This document shows, piece by piece, positions 55,747 through 64,000 of a stretch of DNA of 64,000 nt. Origin of the DNA: Gracilinanus agilis (lineage: Eukaryota); assembly GCF_016433145.1 (NCBI RefSeq), contig NC_058136.1:71101724-71165723 (forward strand), written 5' to 3'. The position numbers and the translations under genes were made by a program. Below the pieces are notes generated by a model, which saw nothing but the letters and a program-made list of their open reading frames with translations, was not told the DNA's origin and did no database searches. Position 1 is the first letter of the stretch. Each line of letters starts with the position of its first letter.

Positions 55747-56372
55747 TCTCCGAGAGCAGCTCTGTGTGTACACAGGAGGGAACCACCCCCAGCCCAAACC
55801 CAGAAGTACCCACACTGGAGAGAACACAAGAGTCACCCCAAGAAAAAAAGCAGAGGGCTCTTTAGTCAAACTGAGCGCCGCGCCAGACCCTGAACCACAG
55901 CCCAAGCAAACACCGAGTCTCGGGGCCCTCTCCTCAGACAGCCAGCTCCTCTGTTCTTTGGAAGAGGAGGAGAGATGAAGGGAGATTTGGGGTGGGGGCG
56001 GGGGGGCGCCAAGAGGAACCACACGAGAAGGGGCCCAATCGCCCCTAGGCACTCGGAAGAAGCTCTCTTCTCCAATCCCCAATGCTGGGGTTGTCCTCTG
56101 GATGCAGGGTAAGGCAAGCACGGGGCTGGGGCTGGGGGTTCGGTTCTGTGGTCCAAGTGGGGGGAATGTCAAAAGGGAAAGCCCAAAGCAGCTGTGTCAG
56201 CAGTGGGGTGTATGGAGCCTGGGGAAGGGCACGGGCCCAAAAAACAAATAAATGAGGGTTGCAGGGAGCACATCCCTGCCCTCACCCCTTCCAAGGTGGC
56301 TGGTTGCACTGGGTAGGAATGGAAGCCAACCAATGGAAGGAGAGGGACTTGGGGAGGAAGGAAACCAACCCT

Positions 56373-59300
56373 TCACTCTCCTTTCTTGTTTGTAGGACCA
56401 TCCACAGCAGCCTAGGAGGGAAAGAAACCAGAGTAGCAGAACGGCACAAGGGCTCCCAATTCCCCTTTGGCAGTGGAGGAAGAACATGCACCCAGTCCCA
56501 CTTACTACCTGGGGCTCCTTCCTTCAACCCTGGCCCCAGCAGGCTAGAGCCAGACATCCTGTTTTCGCCCCCTTCCCCTAGGAAACATCCAGGCTTGGGG
56601 GTGGGGGTGGGGTGGGGGAGAAACGTCAGGCTCCCAAATCTCAAATCCAAGTTAAACCTTCAAAAGGGGAGGCTCTCCCCATCATCCCTGGCAATAACTC
56701 CAAGTCTTGGAGCCTGTGGCTGTGATGTGGCTGCCAGGACCCAGCCAGGAGCCTGGTGACTGAGACGGGGATTGAGTGAAGCCTGGGAAGACAGCCCGAG
56801 CGGAGGCTTCAGGAGGGGCTGGGAGGCTGGGCCCCCGCTGCCGCCGCCAGGGTGGGGCCAACTGGAAGGGACCAGACTCTCCTGTTTACCTTCTCATAGC
56901 ACTAGCAAGAACCAACTCTACCACCTATAGTCCTACCAGCCCCTGCACCCCCTGGACTAAGGGCCCACCCCCAAGGCCTAGCCAACCCGAGCTGCTAGCC
57001 CACAATGGGTAACTGCTTTTGGGCCTCCAGCCACAGCTAAGAGTAAGGGAGGGGCGGGAGAGCAAAAAGCTGCCACCATGGGTATCGGCTTCTTTCTAAC
57101 CCCCCCCTCCAGCTGAGCCATGCCATCCCAGCTGTGGCAAGAGCCCACAGGGTCAAAGAGGGCAACGAAAGGAAAGCGATAAACAACCTTGAAGGGCTCA
57201 AGCTGCTTCCTTGGCTACTTTGGGGCTCAAGCTATGTCTTATCAGCTCTGATGCCTGCTACGGGTGCCAGAACGGGGCAGCTGCCAAGGGTGGGCACCTA
57301 AGGACCTCCATGGCCAACCATCCCATTGCTCCCAACCCCCCTACAGGCCAGGACTGGCCGTGACTGCCCAGAATAGCTGCTGGGGGCCTATAAATAACTC
57401 CCTACCCCCACCTGAGACGAGATCACTTGGGCTCCAGAGCCTGCCCTTGTGGTTTCAGAGCTATTTTGGGGGTAAGGATGGGGGTATGTGGGAAAGCTGG
57501 CCCATACCCCAACCTGTCATGCCCATCTCTGACTCAAGAAAGGGTGGTGGCCTGCCATCACTTAAGCAGACCTTCCGGGCAAGGGGGAAGCTAGGAGCTG
57601 CTGAGCCCAGCTGTGTGACCAGGGGAGGGAAGCACGGCTGGCTTTTTTCCTTTTGCTACCCCCAAAGGGAAGGGCACACGTGGACTTGCGGGGAGGGCCA
57701 TGGCAGCCAGTAGACCAGTCAGCAGCAGGGAAGTGATGGAGGAAGATGAAATCCCAAAGGTGTTGGCTTCTCTGGCCTAGGCCACCCCCACCCCACAGAG
57801 CCTCAGAACGTGGAGCCAGAGTTTGCCCTCATGTTGTCTGCTCTGTCCCAGCACTTGTTCTGGGCACTTTAAACAATGTTAGCTGGGAAGGCACAGCAAA
57901 GATGCAGAGACAGAGGTCTGAGGGAAACTGAGGGGCTACCCTGAGCCCTCCTCTCTGGAATCAGCTGTCCCCTCCCTCTCCATGAGCCTCACTGCAATCT
58001 TCAAGGCCATTTTGGCAGCCAGCCTGGGAAGGAGTCCTCAAACATGCCCTCCATCCACCACATGCGCTGGCTCCCATTCTTTCACAGAAGTGCTGGCCCA
58101 GCAGCTGGCATCACTTGGCAAAAGGGAGGGGTAGTGCTGTCTAGGCCCCTCCTGCTCCTCAGCTATCAAAGGCCCTGGGCAAACCAGCTTTCCTTTTCTT
58201 CTCTGAACTGCACTCAGTGTCCCAGGGGATGGGGACAGAATGCCCTATGACCATCCCACTCCCACACACATACCTGGAGGCGTGCATGCTCCTCCAGCAG
58301 ACGGTCATACTCTTTGGTCAGCCCATCTGACTGCTTGCGCATGGCCAAAGCTTCATTTTCTGCTTTCTCCAGGTCTTGGAAGGGGAGACAGATGGGAGAT
58401 AAGTTAGGCTGGGAGGGCATGGCCCGTGGTCTCCAATGGAGGGGTTGGCAAGTCCAAAAGGAGCTTACGGAGGCTTTGGGGATCTGCAGGGTCGCCCCTT
58501 CCCCTCCAGCACACATACAACCTTAGAGGCTAGGGAGTGATGGCAAGGAAGAAAGGAGAGGTGTGCCACAAGAAATCGTCCCTATACCACCACACAGAGA
58601 TGCTCTGCAAGCCAAAGCCGCAGGAACCAGGTGGCCACAGAATACCCCAAATCCACAAAGTCTGGAGGTAGTGGGGGTCAGGACAAAGAAAACGACCAAA
58701 CAAACAACCAAGCCCTGGGCCATTTTTGTACATTTGGCCCTGGGCCTGGCCGCAGGGAAAAAGAGCCCATCATCTCGTAGGACTTTCCCCCATTGACCAG
58801 TGGGGATTGATAACCCGAGGCCTCAGGAAGAAAGCAGAAGCAGGCCAAAGCTGGTGGGAGGAGAGAGAACAGATGGAATGGGAAGTGGGAAGCTCGGAGC
58901 CAATTGGGATTTATGAGAAACTCCACTGTCCACTTCCTTCCTGAACGTCTCCCTTTCTTCATGGCCTTTGATCCTTTCTCCTTCCACCTTCAGCACTCTA
59001 CTCCAAAACCCTTTTCTGTTCTCAGCTCGAAGGGATCTTTGGGCTCCCCAAAGCTCCCCCTTGGCATAGCCCATCTACATTGTGTGCTCCTGCAAAACAC
59101 CATCCGCCTTTCTGTACCCACTGGCACTGCCAGCCCCATGCCTCTGTCTGGCATTGCTGGGTCCCAGGATATTTTGGCATAGTCAGCAAATGGGGTGGGG
59201 GGTGGCCTGGCAGGGAAAAGCAAGGGAAAACTCAAGAGTTTTTCTTCCCCAGCTTCCCAGAACAGGGGGGCAGCCCAAGGGCCCGGCTCTTACTTCGCTT

Positions 59301-61541
59301 GTTTACAGCCAGCTCCTGAGTCAGCTTCTTGAGCTCGGCCTTCAGGTTTTTGTTCTCCGCCAGCACTTCATCTTTCAGGTCCAATTTGCCAGCCCCGGTG
59401 CCAGCTCCCTAGGAAGAGAACCAGAGAGGCCGGGGTTACTCAGCTTACAGGGCATACCCAGACCCATCCTTCATCTCCCAATTGTGTTGCCATGGTAAGG
59501 AGTAAGGGAGGAAAGCCTAAGCCACTGGCTCTCCTGAGTGGGCCAAGAGGCAGTCTTGCCCACGGTCTTGATTTTGAGTCAGCCTTGCAGGCTGTGGGGA
59601 AAGTGAAAGCAAGCCATTTACTCTCTCTCATGACCCCCCATCGCCAATGTGTTGCCAAGACTCTAACTGCTCTCACACCCTTTCCTCCTGACACTGACCT
59701 GCCCAGTCCTGCCATTACTGCCACAGCCTGCCTCATCTCTCCCCACTGTAATCCATCCTCTATTGAGCTGTCAAATTGGTTTTCCATAGAGTTCGGGTCT
59801 GACTGTGTCCCACCTACACTGTCCCACCTCCAGAATCACATACAAAATCCAGTGTGATACTCAAAGCCTTCCGTAACCACTCCCACTCCCCACCCCGGGC
59901 TTTTGACGCTATTCACCCCCATATACTCTGCAATCTAGTGACATTGTCCTGAATGCCTGGAATGTTCTCTGCCCTCCCTGGCTTCCTTCAAGCCTCAGCT
60001 TAAATCCCACCTTCTAGGGGAAGCCTTCCCTCATCCCCTTTCATGTTCCTGCCTTCCATCAGTCAATCCAGTCAATAAATATTGATTCCATGCCTACTAG
60101 ATGCCAGGCTCTGTGCTAAATGCTAGGGATCCAAAAAGAGGCAAAAGAGAATCAATCCCTGTCCCTGAGGATCACTCCCAATGCTATTAACTGAATACGG
60201 TAGGGTGACCCTATATCCCAGGGGAAGAAGCAACTTTCCTTGCCCAGTCAATGGGCCTACTAGCAGGACGCCCATCCTAGGCCCCTATCGTCACACTAAC
60301 CAATCCCATCATATTGTTCTCTGCCTTTGACTGTCCACTTCGGCCACTACTCATGCCGGCCATCTCAGCCCTTTAGGGATTTAGATCTGCCCTAGCTTAG
60401 CAGTCAGATCCCTCCACTAGATCAGGGATTTGCCAGTCTAGGGATGAGAAAAAGGGAACCCTGGATCCCAGCAGCATCACCCCCTGTGGCTGCAGCTGAT
60501 ACCTGTTTTCACTGGCCTGTCTTCTAGCTAGAATGGATTTGGGCCCCTTGGCTCCTATTTCTAGCCTAAGTCCTTACAGTTCCCAGTAAAAGGCAACGCA
60601 CAGCGTTCCCACACAAGCAGCATACACACACCAGCCAGGCTGCTGGCTGGCTCACTGGTTCGCCTCAGAAAAAGCCCAGAGGTGTGCTGGAGCCAGCTGG
60701 GACCAGCCACCAAAAGCCAATTGACAAATTGGGCCTCGATTTATTGCTCTGTTGATTGTCTAAACCAGGAGTGGGTAAACTACAGTCCCACTGTTCCATG
60801 AGTTTGTGCAGGCTGCTTTTGTACTATGACTGCCTGAGCTAAGAATGGTTTTTACAGTTTGAAATAAAACTTGATTTCATTAAAAAATATAAATGTTCAT
60901 GGGCCTTCAGGCTGGAGAGTTTACCAATCCCCGGTCTCAGCTTACGAAAGTGATGAAGAAACCGTTAATAATGCAGCATAAAAGTATTTCACGTACATGT
61001 TCTTCCCCAAGATACGGCTGTTAAACATTTGCCAATACGCCCCTGGAAAAAAATCCTAGGGGGTAAGGAAAAGTGGAAAAGAAAGTGTGTGTGTGTATGT
61101 GTGGGGGGGGAAGTCCTGCCACCTCAGTGATGGAAACCTTAGAGCTGAATCACTGGGGCACCTGGGAATGAGTCAATACCACAGGGCACAGCCCACCCAG
61201 TCAGGCTTCTTGGGTCTTTCCACAGGCCAGCGGTTTTACAAGATGTTGGCGGGAGGGACATTTCCAGGCAGTATGGGGCGAGGCCACTTGGAGTCCTGGC
61301 AGTTGTAGCCAGAGCAGGAGCCCTTGTGCCCAGCCGATTGCTTGAGGCTGCCCACCTGGCACAGCCCCAGGGTGTCATGTGGTGAAGGGAGGGGCCAGAA
61401 CTCACCTTCTTCAACTTGTCATTCTCTTCTATGTATTTCTTGGCGGCTTCACTGGCACCCTCAGCCTGTTTTTTGAAGGCCTCGTTGGAGGCCAACAGTG
61501 TGGCCTGCTGGGAGATAAGGGTCACCAGGCGTCTGAGCAGG
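56373..61541 (-). CDS. BCAP31: B-cell receptor-associated protein 31, last 4 coding exons (upstream exons lie beyond the window)
   Basis: Exons: 61541-61406 (LLRRLVTLISQQATLLASNEAFKKQAEGASEAAKKYIEENDKLKK), 59408-59294 (GAGTGAGKLDLKDEVLAENKNLKAELKKLTQELAVNKR), 58374-58274 (LEKAENEALAMRKQSDGLTKEYDRLLEEHARLQ), 56411-56373 (AAVDGPTNKKGE*). Phases consistent; C-terminal KKXX ER-retrieval motif. Confidence 0.95.
59500..60130 (+). mobile_element. LINE-2 remnants
   Basis: 'ctcatctctcccc..aatccatcctc..tcaaagccttcc..gaatgcctggaatgttctct..caagcctcagct..ccaccttct..gaagccttccct'. Boundaries approximate. Confidence 0.6.
60677..61045 (+). mobile_element. Ancient hAT-Tip100 (MER91-like) element interrupted by a Charlie MITE
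   Basis: Starts CAGAGGTGTGCTGGAGCCAGCT and ends GGCTGTTAAACATTTGCCAATACGCCCCTG, giving imperfect TIRs. Confidence 0.5.
60766..60933 (+). mobile_element. hAT-Charlie MITE (MER58/Charlie1-like)
   Basis: TIRs CAGGAGTGGGTAAACT / AGTTTACCAATCCCCG; 8-bp TSD gtctaaac / gtctcagc (6 of 8 match, NTCTARAN-type); internal 'gagctaagaatggtttttaca'. Confidence 0.65.
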
Positions 61542-63366
61542 CTACAATTGTTTAAAAAGAGGATGGTATTAAAAAAAGGAGCTAGAAAGGAAGAGATGTC
61601 ATGACCTTCTCTGGCTGGCACACTGTCCCCCACTTTCTCTCCAGCCCTGACACTTCTGGGTGAAGGGAAAGGTTCCTGCAGCATACCTAACAAGGCACCC
61701 TCTGTCTCAGTTTATTTCTGAGTTTGGAGAGGGGGAGGGGGGGAATAGAGCCAGAGCCAGAGAGAGGGAAAGAGACAGAGAGAGGGGGAGGAAAAGAAAG
61801 AAACAGAGAGGGAGAAAGACAGAGAGACAGAGAAAGAGAAAGCACATTTGCCATCAAAGGACTGGGAAGCAATCCCATCTCATTACAAATGGAGCGACCT
61901 GAAGGTCTGGGTCCAAGAACTCACCAGGGTACCTAAGCATCTGCAGACCAAGGCCCTGATGTTGGACTTCTCAGGGAGGAAGAAGATGCACACCAGGGTC
62001 CTTGGAGATGAAGTGGGAAGTGAGGATCAGAAGCACTTATGGCCCAGGCCTACAAGCATAAGGCTCAGAGGGAGCCAGAGCTGCAAGGGGCATTCCCAAG
62101 GGGAGTGGAGAGGATGCCGCTTTAACTCCCACAGGAGCAGGCTTGCTTTGTGTGGTGGGGGAAGGGTAGCAGCCCCTTAGGCCTCACTTTAACTTCCCTT
62201 CCCAATCTTCAAGGTAGCCTAAAGTCATCCCTGGAAGCACAATCTGCGGGGCGCCAAAAGCAACAATGCAGGGCCAGGGCCCAGTCTGGCCCAGCTGCCT
62301 CCCTCACTGTCCTCCGCCTGTCTCACCTCAAACCCCAATCTTGGTCATCTGTGAGAGGCTTAAGGATTCCCCCATTTCCTTGAAATCTGGGGAGCCATTT
62401 CTTGCACACACAGTTCCCTGGGGAAAGAGGGATTTGCTGGAGTACAAGAACTTCTTTCCCCCTCCCATTTGGCAGAAGGACACAAAGGTCACAGAAGGAG
62501 TGAGCAAGAAGGCTTTGCCTCAAGTCCATTTTCTGAAAGGGATAGCGAACAAACAGAAGAACCGCAGCAGGACAAAAAAAATGAGGCCCGAGCTATGGCA
62601 TGGTGGGGGGTGGGGGCAGTGCTCGCTTGGGGTCTCTACTGCCCTTTTCCTTCTCCCCACCCCCAAACAAATGCTCGCCTCTTCTTGGTGGATTTAATGG
62701 GGAAAAAAATCCTTCCAGAACGAAGACCTGGGAGATTTCCCCAATACCGCCTCCACCCTTCCCAGGGCTTGGCTTTGTCCAGCCTTGGACAGCACTCAGA
62801 AGACCGAGTGGGGGTGGGTCATAGAGGACCCCCCTGCCTTTCCCTTTTCATGAATTAACAGCCATTCAGCCACATCCCAAGTCAGGGGTTCAGGAACCAG
62901 GGGGGCTCCTCCAGGAACAGGCCCAGGGCTGGCCAAACTGCTGCCATCTGGCAAGATCAGTGAGTTTCCAGTGACATGTACCCTCTAAAATTAGCGGGCT
63001 CTGGGATCTCGTGGCCCAAGGCTCAGATTTCCCCAACTCAGGTTGTAGGACCCCTCCTCAGCCAGGCCCAAAGGCCCAAAGGCCTTCTACCAGGCCAGGG
63101 TGAGCTGCCTAGGAGCAATCAGGCCACTGTCTCATCTACACACAAAGAGGAGGCCTGGAACCAACCACTGGGGGGGGGGGGGAGGTTGGCGCAGTGGAGG
63201 CAAGAGATAGATGAGGACCACAGGGATTGGAAAGGCAGCCATGTCTGAGTCACATTAGGCCCCCTCTTCTGCCAGCACAAAGCCCTCTGTGGTTCCAGTG
63301 CAGAGGGAAAGATGACGCCAGACCTGGAGGACCACCCCCTCTATGGAGGAAGCAGGGGACATCAGG

Positions 63367-63383
63367 GTGCCACCTGGCGGCCA
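63367..63383 (-). promoter_or_regulatory. Candidate CTCF site in a BCAP31 intron
   Basis: The minus strand reads TGGCCGCCAGGTGGCAC, matching the CCRCYAGRKGGCR core. Confidence 0.45.
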
Positions 63384-63958
63384 AGATGAGAACCAGCAGG
63401 TGCTGAAGGAACTTGGAGGGCCAGGCGGAGCTGCTGAGCAGACAGCACTGCCCTCCCCTTCTTGGACAAGTGGCTGACATGAGAAGTGTTCAAGAACACT
63501 GGTAAGTGGCCAGAGGCGCATTGTTAAGAGGCCTGACCCAGGCAGCGGTGGCGGGAGCCCAGCACTCTGTCACTGGACCATCATGTGAGGGGGGACATGG
63601 CCAATCCCAAGCCCGAGAGCTCCCCTCTACTTCCTTCCCTGTCCCTGCCGAACCAGGCCAAGGTGAGGCCTCATCTTCTCACCATCTATCCCTCTGACTT
63701 TTCCAGAAAAATCATGGCCATTTGCCTTGGCCTTCGGCACCTCCAAGCCCCTCAGGCTCCTCTCTTCAGGCTGAGGAAGACATAACCCTACATCTCGCCA
63801 AGGCCCACTTAGGATCCTGATCTCATATCTATGAAAAGTGCTCTAGAGCTTACCCTGTACCCAACTGGGCTGTCCCCATGGCTTCCAAGTGGGTGTTGGT
63901 CTCCTCAGATAGATACTTCCCTGACCAAACCCTGCCATGCTCTTAAGCTATCATCCAG

Positions 63959-64000
63959 GGGGCAGCTAGGTGGTTCAGTGGCTAGAGCCAGGCCTGGAGA
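63959..64000 (+). mobile_element. 5' end of a SINE truncated by the window edge
   Basis: 'gggggcagctaggtggttcagtggctagagccaggcctggaga'. Confidence 0.85.

Noticed and set aside
61542-64000. Upstream BCAP31 exons or ABCD1
   Set aside because: No matching coding sequence found on either strand before the window ends.

Overview
Eukaryotic genomic DNA, GC-rich and intron-containing. The repeat content (tRNA-derived CORE-SINEs of the SINE1_Mdo type, marsupial L1 3' ends, an OposCharlie1-like MITE) points to a marsupial, most likely a didelphid opossum. The region is orthologous to human Xq28. Five genes were rebuilt exon by exon from splice signals and translation: IDH3G (+, exons 2-13), SRPK3 (-, complete, 15 exons, 598 aa), PLXNB3 (-, last 12 exons only), SLC6A8 (+, complete, 13 exons, 635 aa) and BCAP31 (-, last 4 exons). 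There are three N gaps (316, 500 and 147 nt). At the exactly 500-N gap PLXNB3 breaks off mid-gene and abuts the SLC6A8 5' UTR, with gene order inverted relative to human; a mis-oriented scaffold join is the likeliest cause, a real inversion less so. I found no convincing new gene system. The best second-look items are this junction, an inverted SINE pair whose loop-proximal arms appear homogenised into a near-perfect RNA hairpin, a MITE of a horizontally transferred hAT family next to an SLC6A8 splice acceptor, a very young SINE subfamily, a local GC-biased substitution signature, and a MEF2/E-box/CRE module upstream of SRPK3. Gene and repeat family names and human comparisons come from recalled knowledge, not database searches.
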